64,000 nucleotides of DNA, taken from Clostridia bacterium. Lineage in GTDB: Bacteria > Bacillota > Clostridia > Oscillospirales > QAKW01. Below, piece after piece: positions 28,280-37,909 of the stretch. The stretch spans positions 1,184-65,183 of the forward strand of contig JAFUNM010000006.1 in NCBI GenBank assembly GCA_017482195.1. The letters run 5' to 3'. The position numbers and the translations under genes were made by a program. The stretch's first letter is position 1, and every line of letters begins with the position of its first letter. A model generated the notes under the pieces. It saw only the letters and a program-made list of their open reading frames with translations, did not search any database and was not told the DNA's origin.

Positions 28280-29623
28280 ATGGGTAGATATTTCGGAACA
28301 GACGGTATTCGCGGGGTGGTGCACAAGGCGCTGACCCACGAGCTTGCCTTTCGCTGCGGGGCAGCCTGCGGCTATCTTCTAAAAAAAGAAAATGACCGCT
28401 GCAAGGTCATTATCGGCAGTGACACCAGAGCCTCCAAGGATCTTTTATTGGGAGCGCTGGTAACAGGATTTTGCTATGCGGGGGTGGATGTGGAACACAT
28501 TGGCGTGCTGCCCACCCCGGCGCTGGCCTTTCTCATTGATCGGATGGGGGCAGCGGCGGGAGTAATGATCTCTGCCTCCCACAACCCTTATGAATATAAC
28601 GGTTTGAAGATCATGGCAAAGGGTGGCATCAAGCTGCCCGATGAAAAGGAAGCAGAAGTGGAGCGGCTGATGGAGCCCTTTACCCTTCTTCCCGCTGCAC
28701 GCCCCGGGCAGTTTAGCTATAATCTTAAAGCCAAGGATTTTTACTGTGAGCACATCAAGCAGGCCTGCGAAGAGCAGCCGGAACGGATCAAGGTAGTCTT
28801 TGACTGCTCCAACGGTGCCGCCTCGGAGACTGCGGAACGGATCTTCGGTTCCTTTAACATTGATGCTCGTTTTTACCACAACCGGCCGGATGGCTTTAAT
28901 ATCAACGAGGGCTGCGGCTCCATGCATATGGAGGAGCTGGCGCGGCTGGTCAAGAGAGAAGGCGCAGATCTCGGCTTTGCCTTTGACGGAGATGCAGACC
29001 GCTGCCTGGCCTGTGACCGTTTGGGTCGTCCCATCGACGGAGATTGCATTTTGGCAGTGCTTGCTCTCTATCTCAAGCAGAAAAACCGCCTGAAAAAGAA
29101 CACTCTGGTGGCAACGGTAATGTCAAATTTAGGCCTGATGGAGCGGATGAACAAGGAGGGCATCAATGTTCCTACCGCAAAGGTGGGAGACCGGTATGTT
29201 TTAGAGGAGATGTTGGAACAGGGCTATATCCTGGGCGGTGAGCACAGCGGACACATCATCTTTTTAGAGAAGGCCACCACAGGAGACGGTCAGCTGACGG
29301 CGCTGATGCTCCTTTCCGCCATGAAGGCTTTGGGGATCTCAGGCGAAGAAGTACACGATATTTTTACCCCCTTTCCCCAAGCGCAGATCAATGTATTGGC
29401 GGACGATCTGCAAAAGCGCAAGCTAATGGCCGACGAGGTATTCCTAAAGGATGTCCGCAAGGCAGAATCGTCCTTTGCGGAGCGGGGACGGATCCTGGTG
29501 CGAGCCTCGGGGACAGAGCCTTTTATACGCATTCTGGTGGAGGGGCCGGAAAAGACGGCAGTCCAAGAGGTGGCGCGTGCTTTAGAGGAATCAACAAAGA
29601 TCCGTTTGTCACAATTATTTTAA
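28280..29623 (+). CDS. glmM: Phosphoglucosamine mutase
   Basis: YFGTDGIRG, MISASHNPYEYNGLK (phosphoserine loop), FDGDADR, GGEHSGH. Confidence 0.95.
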   Translation: MGRYFGTDGIRGVVHKALTHELAFRCGAACGYLLKKENDRCKVIIGSDTRASKDLLLGALVTGFCYAGVDVEHIGVLPTPALAFLIDRMGAAAGVMISASHNPYEYNGLKIMAKGGIKLPDEKEAEVERLMEPFTLLPAARPGQFSYNLKAKDFYCEHIKQACEEQPERIKVVFDCSNGAASETAERIFGSFNIDARFYHNRPDGFNINEGCGSMHMEELARLVKREGADLGFAFDGDADRCLACDRLGRPIDGDCILAVLALYLKQKNRLKKNTLVATVMSNLGLMERMNKEGINVPTAKVGDRYVLEEMLEQGYILGGEHSGHIIFLEKATTGDGQLTALMLLSAMKALGISGEEVHDIFTPFPQAQINVLADDLQKRKLMADEVFLKDVRKAESSFAERGRILVRASGTEPFIRILVEGPEKTAVQEVARALEESTKIRLSQLF

Positions 29624-29626
29624 AAG

Positions 29627-29663
29627 AAAAAGCCTTGAAAACACGTGTGTTTTCAAGGCTTTT
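29627..29663. terminator. Bidirectional terminator between glmM and typA
   Basis: AAAAGCCTTGAAAACAC gt GTGTTTTCAAGGCTTTT, a near-perfect 17-bp palindrome. Confidence 0.85.
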
Positions 29664-29665
29664 GA

Positions 29666-31486
29666 TTATTTCAGGCGAGAGAGTTCCTTCATGCGCTGGG
29701 TATTGCTCAGCGTTTGCTTTCTCAGGCGGATATTGGTAGGCGTCACCTCAATAAATTCATCGGGAGCAATGAACTCGATGGACTCCTCCAGGCTCATCTT
29801 CTTGGGAGGAATCAACCGCAGAGCTTCATCGGAACCGCTGGCGCGCATATTAGTGACATGCTTACGCTTGCACACATTGACGGCAATATCGTCACCCTTA
29901 GGGTTCATGCCCACGATCATACCCTCATAGACAGGGGTGCCGGGTTCAATAAAGAGGGCACCCCGTTCCTGGGCATTGAAGAGACCGTAGGTGACGGCTT
30001 CTCCGGTCTCAAAAGCGATCAAGGAACCCATGGAACGGCCGGGGATATCCCCTTTATAAGGCTCATAGCCATGGAAAATCGTATTCATCACGCCCTCGCC
30101 GCGGGTAGCAGTCAAAAAGTCGCTCTTATAGCCGATGAGGCCACGGGCGGGAACCAGATACTGCAGCTTCATACGGGAGCCGTTAGGTTCCATGGAGAGC
30201 ATCTCACCCTTACGGGAGCCCAGACGCTCCACCACCGAACCGACACAATCCTCCGGCACGTCGATAAAGACCTGCTCAATGGGTTCGCATTTAACACCGT
30301 CGATCTCTTTATACAACACATGGGGCATGGAGACGGCAAATTCATAGCCCTCCCGCCGCATAGTCTCGATCAAGATGGAAAGGTGCATTTCACCGCGGCC
30401 GGCCACCTTAAAGGTATCGGCGGTCTCCCCTTCTTCCACCCGCAAAGAGACATCTTTCAAAAGTTCTCTCATTAAACGGTCACGAATATGGCGAGAGGTG
30501 ACAAATTTACCCTCACGGCCCGCAAAGGGGCTGTTGTTGACCATAAAATTCATTTCCAGAGTAGGCTCACTGATCTTGACAAAGGGCAGCGGTTCGGGAC
30601 AATCGGTACTGCAGAGAGTCTCGCCGATGGTCACACCCTCGATTCCGGAGAAGCAGACGATATCGCCCACCTTGGCTTCGGTAACGGGAACGCGGTTCAG
30701 ACCTTCGATGGCGAAAAGCGCCTGAACGCGGCCTTTACGGATAATTCCCTGCTCATGGAAGTTACAAACGGCAACCTCTTCATTCTGATGGATCACACCC
30801 CGCTCGATACGACCGATGCCGATCCGGCCCACGAAATCATTATAGTCGATGGAAGAGACCAGCATCTGCAAAGGCTGATCCTCCTCCCCTTCGGGGGCAG
30901 GGATCTGGTCTAAAATTTTATCAAACAGAGGAGCAAGATCGGTACCCTTTTCTTCGGGAGTGAGAGAGGCAGTACCCTCTCTGCCGGAGCAGAAGAGGAT
31001 AGGACTGTCCAGTTGCTCGTCGCTGGCACCCAGCTCGATCAGCAGCTCCAATACTTCGTCTACCACTTCCAAAGGACGGGCATCAGGACGGTCTACTTTA
31101 TTAACCACCACGATGATCTGATGACCCATTTCCAGCGCCTTTTCCAATACAAAGCGGGTCTGGGGCATCGCGCCCTCAAAAGCATCCACCAACAGTAAAA
31201 CGCCGTTGACCATTTTCAGGATTCGCTCTACCTCACCGCTGAAATCGGCATGGCCCGGGGTATCCACGATATTGATCTTCGTCCCCTTCCAATGGGCGGC
31301 CGTATTCTTTGCCAGGATGGTGATCCCGCGTTCCCGCTCCAGATCATTGCTGTCCATGACCCGGTCGGCAACGGCCTGATTATCGCGGAATACACCGCCC
31401 TGCTTAAGCATTTCATCGACCAAGGTGGTCTTTCCGTGATCAACATGGGCGATGATGGCAATATTTCTTAAATCTTCTCTTTTCAT
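29666..31486 (-). CDS. typA: Translational GTPase TypA/BipA
   Basis: [31 protein letters not shown]-motifs, about 606 aa. I chose ATG 31486 (MKREDLRN). The track's TTG at 31507 is an alternative start. Confidence 0.93.
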   Translation of the reverse strand: MKREDLRNIAIIAHVDHGKTTLVDEMLKQGGVFRDNQAVADRVMDSNDLERERGITILAKNTAAHWKGTKINIVDTPGHADFSGEVERILKMVNGVLLLVDAFEGAMPQTRFVLEKALEMGHQIIVVVNKVDRPDARPLEVVDEVLELLIELGASDEQLDSPILFCSGREGTASLTPEEKGTDLAPLFDKILDQIPAPEGEEDQPLQMLVSSIDYNDFVGRIGIGRIERGVIHQNEEVAVCNFHEQGIIRKGRVQALFAIEGLNRVPVTEAKVGDIVCFSGIEGVTIGETLCSTDCPEPLPFVKISEPTLEMNFMVNNSPFAGREGKFVTSRHIRDRLMRELLKDVSLRVEEGETADTFKVAGRGEMHLSILIETMRREGYEFAVSMPHVLYKEIDGVKCEPIEQVFIDVPEDCVGSVVERLGSRKGEMLSMEPNGSRMKLQYLVPARGLIGYKSDFLTATRGEGVMNTIFHGYEPYKGDIPGRSMGSLIAFETGEAVTYGLFNAQERGALFIEPGTPVYEGMIVGMNPKGDDIAVNVCKRKHVTNMRASGSDEALRLIPPKKMSLEESIEFIAPDEFIEVTPTNIRLRKQTLSNTQRMKELSRLK

Positions 31487-31620
31487 CGAAAAACCTTCTT
31501 TTTTCAAAATAACGAAAAAATTATATCAAACAATACATAAAATTACCATATCTATTTTCGCCAAAATTCTGTATCTTTTTACGGCGAAATACAAACAATA
31601 TAGAAAAAGGAGTTGTTATA

Positions 31621-32400
31621 ATGGCCAAAAGCAAAGAACTGATGATCGCACTGGGCGTGCCGCTGTTGATCGTCAGTATGTTATTTTTGATGAGTGCAGG
31701 CTGGAGCGTCAGCGATACCACCGGCTATGATTGGTATTTTCAACCCAACGAAGAACACACTCAGCCGCAGGTGGCCAATGAGGTCCCCTTGGGAGATTAT
31801 TCGGTCATCTACTGCGGAACGGAAAATGAAAAGAAGGTCTCCATCACCTTTGACGCCGGCTACGACAACGGATATCATACCCCCATCTTAGATATTTTAA
31901 AGGAAAAGGGCGTTTCGGCAGCCTTCTTTTTAGACGGCAACTTTGTGAAACAAAACGGAGAACTGGTACAGCGAATGGCAGCAGAGGGACACATTGTGGG
32001 CAACCACACCCTCAACCATGCCGACATGACCAAGCTGACCGATCTTGCCACCTATCAAAAGCAGATCGACGGCTGGAATGATTTGGTGACCCAATTGGGG
32101 CTGACCCCTTCCGGCTATTTCCGTTTTCCCTGCGGACGGTTTTCCACACGAGCGCTGGAATACAATGAAAAGCTGGGACTGACCTCCGTTTTCTGGACAT
32201 TCGCATATTATGACTGGGTGCAGGAGGATCAGCCCGCCCCCGATAAGGCTTTGGAAAAGATCATGAGTCGGATGCACAACGGCTGCGTCTTACTGCTGCA
32301 CTCCACCTCGGCTACAAATGCACAGATATTGGGTACTTTGATTGATAATCTAAGAGCAGAAGGCTATGAAATCGTTCCTCTGAATGAAATGCAACAATAA
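31621..32400 (+). CDS. pdaA: Polysaccharide deacetylase, PdaA-like (delta-lactam-biosynthetic de-N-acetylase family)
   Basis: Collinear with B. subtilis PdaA: ITFDAGYDNGYHTPILDILKEKGVSAAFF, GHIVGNHTLNHADM, FRFPCGRFS, VFWTFAYYDW, LLLHSTS. N-terminal signal/anchor. GGAG RBS. Confidence 0.75.
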   Translation: MAKSKELMIALGVPLLIVSMLFLMSAGWSVSDTTGYDWYFQPNEEHTQPQVANEVPLGDYSVIYCGTENEKKVSITFDAGYDNGYHTPILDILKEKGVSAAFFLDGNFVKQNGELVQRMAAEGHIVGNHTLNHADMTKLTDLATYQKQIDGWNDLVTQLGLTPSGYFRFPCGRFSTRALEYNEKLGLTSVFWTFAYYDWVQEDQPAPDKALEKIMSRMHNGCVLLLHSTSATNAQILGTLIDNLRAEGYEIVPLNEMQQ

Positions 32401-32423
32401 ACCTATTTTTGAAAAACAGAAGC

Positions 32424-32459
32424 AAAAAGAATCGGTGTAAATTTACACCGATTCTTTTT
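32424..32459. terminator. Bidirectional terminator (36-nt perfect palindrome)
   Basis: AAAAAGAATCGGTGTAAA|TTTACACCGATTCTTTTT between the convergent pdaA-like and DUF3810-like genes. Confidence 0.8.
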
Positions 32460-33580
32460 TAAGCTTCGTTAAAGTCTCTATAATAGGCTAACAATAAATC
32501 TACCATCTCTCCATAGCTCTTAATTCCGGATTCTTGATTATTGGATTGGAGATATTGATCGTAAATCTCCGAGGAGGCGTTGCTGACGACCGTATCACGG
32601 TAGGGTTCCCAATAAGCATCCTCCCATTCGATATCCCGCAGCATCCCCTCATCGCAAAGCTGAGCGATCTTGCGAGCCAACTCAATATCCTCGTCATAAA
32701 GGGCATTAAAGGCATAGCCAAAGGCCAGCAGACTGCCGCTGTAACGAAAATCCGCCTGTTCCGATTTCATACAGGCAAGGTAGCCTAAAAAGTTGGCTTC
32801 TTCCTCCCGCATAAACCCGCGGAAATGGGTCAGCTCATGGCACATGGTTGCAGGAATGGTATGGGCGGGAACATCCACATTGATGCCCGATTCAAAGGGC
32901 ACATAGATCCCGGTGGTCAACACCATGGAAAAAAGCTTGGAGGTCAACAGCGGCTTATTACGCACATTGGCCGCTTGCAGAACGGGGATCTCCTCCTCGA
33001 GAGCGGCATAGGCCTCTCTTGCGGCATTGGCGGTATCATAAAAGGAGTCGTCCTGCAAGGAGGCAATTCCCTCTTTTTCCTCCAATTGCTCCCGATAGAA
33101 ATTGCAGTCATAGACCAGTAACTCGCAGAGATCATAAAGTTCCTCTTTGGTACTTTTCTGCACCGTCAGCTCCAAATAATCGGTAATGGGTGCCCGATAA
33201 TAATTAAGGCCCATAAACAGCACAAAGAACAAATAACCCACGCTGGCCGTGCCCAAAAGATTCAATCCGAAGCGATAAAGACGTCCCTTTCTTCCCTCTT
33301 TGATCCGGATCGCCTGCACAATCGTCCGAACGATATAAAAAAGCAGTCCTGCGCCCAAAAAGATGACCAGGATCTCCAATACACCGAAAGGCACTAAAGA
33401 AAGCAATCCACCCAAAGTATTGGCAAACAAGGGATAGACATAGCGGGAATGGATCTGCTCTACCCAGGTGCTGTCCACCTTGGCGGAAAGGGTCAAAATC
33501 AATCCCAAAGGAGCCAAAAGCAGCAACCATATTCTTTTATACTTAAAAATACGATTTAACATAGCACGAACCTCACTCAT
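32459..33580 (-). CDS. Membrane protein with HExxH motif (DUF3810-like putative metalloprotease)
   Basis: Three N-terminal TM helices. MCHELTHFRGFMREEEANFLGY contains HELTH. The start is ambiguous: ATG 33580, or ATG 33562 with a GAGG upstream. Confidence 0.55.
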   Translation of the reverse strand: MSEVRAMLNRIFKYKRIWLLLLAPLGLILTLSAKVDSTWVEQIHSRYVYPLFANTLGGLLSLVPFGVLEILVIFLGAGLLFYIVRTIVQAIRIKEGRKGRLYRFGLNLLGTASVGYLFFVLFMGLNYYRAPITDYLELTVQKSTKEELYDLCELLVYDCNFYREQLEEKEGIASLQDDSFYDTANAAREAYAALEEEIPVLQAANVRNKPLLTSKLFSMVLTTGIYVPFESGINVDVPAHTIPATMCHELTHFRGFMREEEANFLGYLACMKSEQADFRYSGSLLAFGYAFNALYDEDIELARKIAQLCDEGMLRDIEWEDAYWEPYRDTVVSNASSEIYDQYLQSNNQESGIKSYGEMVDLLLAYYRDFNEA

Positions 33581-33654
33581 TAGAAAGTATACCTGGAATT
33601 ACGGTGAATGTCAAAGAAACAATTGTAAACATAGAAATAAACGAGGTGATAAAG

Positions 33655-34242
33655 ATGGAATTCTACTTAGAGACCACCGAAGGCCCCTTTCGTTATCCTG
33701 CCGACTGTACGGGAAAGTGGACTCTTCTTTTTTACTACGGCGGAGATTTTCTGCCTGTGAGCGCCACCGAGCTTTTGGAGCTCTCCTCCCTACAAGGAGA
33801 GTTTACCGAAGGAAACTGCCGCATTCTTTGCCTCAGCGAGGATCGGCTTTCGGTGCATTTGGCCTTTTTGGAAACCCTCTCCCGCTACCGTTTGGGAAAG
33901 CATGTGCCGATCCGATTTCCGTTGGGTTGCGATTTAAAGGGAATTTTACGAGAGCAGATGGGTCTCGGAGAAGGCAAAAAGTATCTTTGGCTACTCTCCC
34001 CCGACGGCACGCCTCATGCGCATTTTTCCTATCCCAATGAGATCGGGGTCAACTTTACCGAGGTTTTACGCACGCTGCTGGCACTTCAGACCCGCCGCCC
34101 CACACCCTGCAGTTGGGTGCCGGGCGAACCCAATCTTCTGCCGCCGCCTGCCACCCGCCGGGAGAGCATCGATTATATGCAAAAACAGGAGCAGGCAGGG
34201 CATATTTGCATAGACTGGTATTTATGCTTTTCGGAGCAATAA
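33655..34242 (+). CDS. Peroxiredoxin-6-type (1-Cys Prx) homologue lacking the peroxidatic cysteine
   Basis: GKWTLLFYYGGDFLPVSATEL aligns with the Prx motif LFSHPADFTPVCTTE (Cys replaced by Ser). The C-terminal CIDWYLCF matches the CxDWYFC tail of bacterial Prx6-type enzymes. ATG 33655 follows GAGGTG. Confidence 0.65.
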   Translation: MEFYLETTEGPFRYPADCTGKWTLLFYYGGDFLPVSATELLELSSLQGEFTEGNCRILCLSEDRLSVHLAFLETLSRYRLGKHVPIRFPLGCDLKGILREQMGLGEGKKYLWLLSPDGTPHAHFSYPNEIGVNFTEVLRTLLALQTRRPTPCSWVPGEPNLLPPPATRRESIDYMQKQEQAGHICIDWYLCFSEQ

Positions 34243-34268
34243 AAAAGTGAGCCATCGGCTCACTTTTT
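34242..34268. terminator. Bidirectional terminator between the Prx-like gene and asnA
   Basis: AAAAAGTGAGCC atc GGCTCACTTTTT. Confidence 0.85.
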
Positions 34269-34271
34269 ATC

Positions 34272-35285
34272 TTATAAAATAGGGATGCCGGCTTCTTTGC
34301 AGGCTTTCAGGGTATCTTCGTCCCAGATGGAGGATTGTACCTCACCGATATGGGCGCTACCCAAAAGCAACATGCAAAGACGGCTCTGGCCGATACCGCC
34401 GCCGATGGTCAGCGGCAGTTCTCCGGCCAGAAGAGCCTTATGGAAGGGCAGTTCCCGCCGATCATCGCAGCCGGCGATCTTCAATTGACGCGAAAGGCTC
34501 TCAGGGCTGACACGAATGCCCATAGAGGAAATCTCAAAGGCCTGCTGCAGAGTATCGTTCCAGAGAAGGATATCTCCGTTGAGCTGCCAATCGTCATAGT
34601 CAGGCGCACGGCCGTCATGGGGTTTTCCGGACTTGAGGACACCGCCGATCTCCATCAGGAACACAGCGCCGCACTCTTTTACAATCGCATTCTCCCGCTC
34701 CTTGGCAGTAAGTTCCGGATAGCGATCCTCCAGTTCCTGGGTCGTAATATAGGTAATCTCCCGCTTTAAGGCAGGGCGGGCATTCAGTTGGGGAAACATG
34801 ATCCGAAGGGTCTGCTCGGTATCGCAGATAGCGCCTACGATCTTATCCACTACACTCTTTAGATATTCCTTGGTTCGCTCCTCTTCAGAGATAATCTTCT
34901 CCCAATCCCATTGATCCACATAGATGGAATGGAGGTTGTCCAGTTCTTCATCCCGGCGGATGGCGTTCATATCGGCATAAAGGCCGGTATCATGGGCAAA
35001 GCCGTAGTCCCGAAGGGCCTGGCGCTTCCATTTTGCCAGAGAATGGACAACCTCGGCATAGGTGCCGGTATCCTTCAAATCAAAGGAAACCGGACGCTCC
35101 ACGCCATTAAGATTGTCATTGAGGCCGGAAGATGCGGTAACAAACAGCGGTGAAGATACGCGCCGCAGATTCAATGCTCCGCAAAGCATATCTTCAAACA
35201 GCCGTTTGATCAGACCAATGGCCTTTTGAGTATCATAAAGGGATAATGCCGGCCGATAGCCTGCGGGGATGGTTACTTTGCTCAT
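34272..35285 (-). CDS. asnA: Aspartate--ammonia ligase
   Basis: [43 protein letters not shown], collinear with E. coli AsnA. Confidence 0.94.
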   Translation of the reverse strand: MSKVTIPAGYRPALSLYDTQKAIGLIKRLFEDMLCGALNLRRVSSPLFVTASSGLNDNLNGVERPVSFDLKDTGTYAEVVHSLAKWKRQALRDYGFAHDTGLYADMNAIRRDEELDNLHSIYVDQWDWEKIISEEERTKEYLKSVVDKIVGAICDTEQTLRIMFPQLNARPALKREITYITTQELEDRYPELTAKERENAIVKECGAVFLMEIGGVLKSGKPHDGRAPDYDDWQLNGDILLWNDTLQQAFEISSMGIRVSPESLSRQLKIAGCDDRRELPFHKALLAGELPLTIGGGIGQSRLCMLLLGSAHIGEVQSSIWDEDTLKACKEAGIPIL

Positions 35286-36484
35286 TGGAGTTCCTTTCTT
35301 TCTCTGCGTAAAATACTATAAGGCGGGAGGGAGAAGGGCAGTTTTACCTTCATTTCCGCATGGGGTGCGCTCTCAATGGGCAACCCCTTTTCATCGTACA
35401 TTTCATGGATAACAACCGAATAAGGCTCCTCATGAGGAGTCAAAACCCAGAGGGTCTCACCGACGGAAAACTTATTCTTTTGGAGCAGGGTACCCGGTTG
35501 CTCGGTAGCAACAGCCACCACATCAGTCCGGCGAATATAGCCGCCTGTTTTCGGTTCCTGAGCCTCAGCGCCGGGAACGCCGTACAAAAAACCGGTGGTA
35601 TAGTCCCGATGGGAAACGGCCCGCAGCTCCTCCAAAAGAGCGGGGTCAAAGGATTTGCCGGCTGCCAGATCATCCAGTGCTCTGCGATAGGCGCGGGTAA
35701 CACAGGCGGCATAGTAAAAGCTCTTCATCCGACCCTCGATCTTCAAGGAGGCGATACCGGCCTCCTCCATTTCCTTTAAATGCTCGATCAGGCACAGATC
35801 CTTGGAGTTCATGATATAGGTGCCGCGGCCGTCCTCCTCAATGGGGGAATACGCACCGGGGCGTTTTTCCTCCATTAAAGCATAATTCCAGCGACAGGGA
35901 TGAGCACAGGCTCCCCGGTTGCCGCTGCGGCCGGTCATGGCTGCCGAAAGCAGGCAGCGACCGGAATAAGAGATGCACATGGCCCCATGAACAAAGCACT
36001 CCAGCTCCACCGCCGCAGGCAGATTTGCCCGCAAAAGGCAGATTTCCTCCAATGGCATTTCTCTTGCCAAAACAATGCGTTTGGCGCCCAGCTCTGCCAG
36101 CACCTTAGCGGTCTCATGATTGGTGACATTGGCCTGGGTAGAAACATGGATGGGGATCTCAGGAGCGTAGCGCTTGGCTAAGGTCATAACACCCAAATCA
36201 GCGATAATCATACCGTCCGGTTTCAGCGTTGCGAGCATTTCAAAAAAAGCGGGCATTGCTGCAAGATCCTTGGAATCGGGATAAATATTAACAGTTATGT
36301 AGATCTTCTTGCCGCGGACATGGCAATAGTCGATGGCTTCCTTTAGGCCTTGCTCATCGAAATTTTCACCTGCTGCCCGAAGGCCGAAGGAGCGATAGGC
36401 GGCGTAAACAGCATCGGCGCCGTATTCCAACGCGTAACGCAGTTTTTCAAAATTCCCTGCGGGAGCTAAAAGTTCCATACTCAA
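35282..36484 (-). CDS. Peptidase U32 family protein (YegQ/TrhP-YrrO-like)
   Basis: [26 protein letters not shown]-terminus, Cys-rich ...[14 protein letters not shown]...[16 protein letters not shown] overlaps on both sides. Confidence 0.85.
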   Translation of the reverse strand: MSMELLAPAGNFEKLRYALEYGADAVYAAYRSFGLRAAGENFDEQGLKEAIDYCHVRGKKIYITVNIYPDSKDLAAMPAFFEMLATLKPDGMIIADLGVMTLAKRYAPEIPIHVSTQANVTNHETAKVLAELGAKRIVLAREMPLEEICLLRANLPAAVELECFVHGAMCISYSGRCLLSAAMTGRSGNRGACAHPCRWNYALMEEKRPGAYSPIEEDGRGTYIMNSKDLCLIEHLKEMEEAGIASLKIEGRMKSFYYAACVTRAYRRALDDLAAGKSFDPALLEELRAVSHRDYTTGFLYGVPGAEAQEPKTGGYIRRTDVVAVATEQPGTLLQKNKFSVGETLWVLTPHEEPYSVVIHEMYDEKGLPIESAPHAEMKVKLPFSLPPYSILRRERKELQ

Positions 36485-37800
36485 AGGACCGTCCCCGTTC
36501 CCCGGACACCCTCGCCGGTGGATTTCAGATTCTTCAGGTGGTCGGCATTGGAGACGGCAAACACCGTAACACCGTCCTGCCCCACAGCGAAATACCGGGC
36601 ATCGGTGGTCTCAGGGGTCAATACCGCTGCGATAGCCTCCGGGCCGGGATTGGCAATAGGACCCGGAGTAAGACCCTGAACACGGTAGGTATTATAAGCA
36701 TCATTGGTTTTGATATCTGCGGCGGTAACAGTACTGCCGGCCGGCAGAATATAAGCCACGGTGGCGGAGGATTCCAGATAGGGGAAATCACTCTTCAGGC
36801 GGTTATAATAAACGCCGGCCTCCTTAGCGAAGGCATTTCCGCCCTCCTTTTGCAATACAGAGGCTAAGGTGATCAGTTGATCCAGCGTATAGCCGGAGGC
36901 ACCGATCTTCTTTTGATTCTCTGCGGTGAGCACCTGGGTCTGGAAGGCATCCAGGATCCGCTGAACAACAGCCAGCGCCGATTCGCCCTCATACATTTCA
37001 TAGGTACCGGGAAGAAGATAGCCCTCCAGACGATAGTTGCGGGCGGGCAGACCGTTCAAGAAGGTATAATCGGAGAAATCATAGTTTTGCAGTACATCCT
37101 CCAGCTCTTCCCGCTCCAGATACTTTAAGGTATCACACAGATTGGTCACCAGATCCTCCTGAGTATCCCCTGCACCGATAGTGAAGGACACGGAGGTCTT
37201 ATTAGAAGGAGAGCGCTTCAAAGCGGAGATCAGCTGATTATAGTCCCGTTTGCAATTGAGGGTATATTCGCCGAATTTAAACGCTCCGTCCGCTTTTTTC
37301 AGCATACAGTAAACTCTGAAAACATAAGGATGATCGATCACGCCTGCCTCTTTCAGGCTTTTGGCGATCTCCATTGTAGAGCTACCCTCAGCGATCTCCA
37401 CGGTATATTCCTTATCAGGTCGGATGAGACCCAACACCTCATTGCCGATATGGCAGCACCAGGAGGCCAGTACCACGCTAAGCACCAAAACGCAGGAATA
37501 GAAAGCCAGGCTCTTCCAATACTTACCCCAAAGCGTCTTCATAAAATCGGGGGTAAAGCGGGAGCGGTTCTTTTTGACCGGTCTTTCCGTCTTTTTAACG
37601 GAAGCTTCTGCCTTTTGAGGCGCAGTTTTCCAGAACACCGTCTCGCCGCTGACGGGAGTCTCTTCTTTTACAGGCTCTGCCACCGGAAAGCGTTTTTTTC
37701 CGGGATAAGAGCCGGCCGGATTGACCCGTTTGGGACGGTTCTGTCCGCCTGCTCCGGGATAAGAGCCGGTGATATTTCGTTTATTGTTATTTTCACTCAT
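36481..37800 (-). CDS. mltG: Endolytic murein transglycosylase MltG (YceG-like) with long basic N-terminal tail
   Basis: AYNTYRVQGLTPGPIANPGPEAIAAVLTPE signature, a single TM (LAFYSCVLVLSVVLASWCC), and an N-terminal tail with duplicated GSYPG. Confidence 0.9.
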   Translation of the reverse strand: MSENNNKRNITGSYPGAGGQNRPKRVNPAGSYPGKKRFPVAEPVKEETPVSGETVFWKTAPQKAEASVKKTERPVKKNRSRFTPDFMKTLWGKYWKSLAFYSCVLVLSVVLASWCCHIGNEVLGLIRPDKEYTVEIAEGSSTMEIAKSLKEAGVIDHPYVFRVYCMLKKADGAFKFGEYTLNCKRDYNQLISALKRSPSNKTSVSFTIGAGDTQEDLVTNLCDTLKYLEREELEDVLQNYDFSDYTFLNGLPARNYRLEGYLLPGTYEMYEGESALAVVQRILDAFQTQVLTAENQKKIGASGYTLDQLITLASVLQKEGGNAFAKEAGVYYNRLKSDFPYLESSATVAYILPAGSTVTAADIKTNDAYNTYRVQGLTPGPIANPGPEAIAAVLTPETTDARYFAVGQDGVTVFAVSNADHLKNLKSTGEGVRGTGTVL

Positions 37801-37843
37801 AGTAAAATCTCCTTCTCAAGAGATATTATAGTCATACAGCATA

Positions 37844-37872
37844 ATTATACTATATATTTTTCAGAAAGTAAA
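37844..37872 (-). promoter_or_regulatory. Putative mltG operon promoter
   Basis: On the minus strand: TTTACT, a 17-nt spacer, then TATAAT (preceded by ATATATAG). Confidence 0.45.
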
Positions 37873-37874
37873 GT

Positions 37875-37905
37875 AAAAAACACACTCAGTACCGAGTGTG
37901 TTTTT
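37875..37905 (-). terminator. Terminator of the beta-CASP gene
   Basis: AAAAAACACACTC agtacc GAGTGTGTTTTT. Confidence 0.85.
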
Positions 37906-37909
37906 GAAC

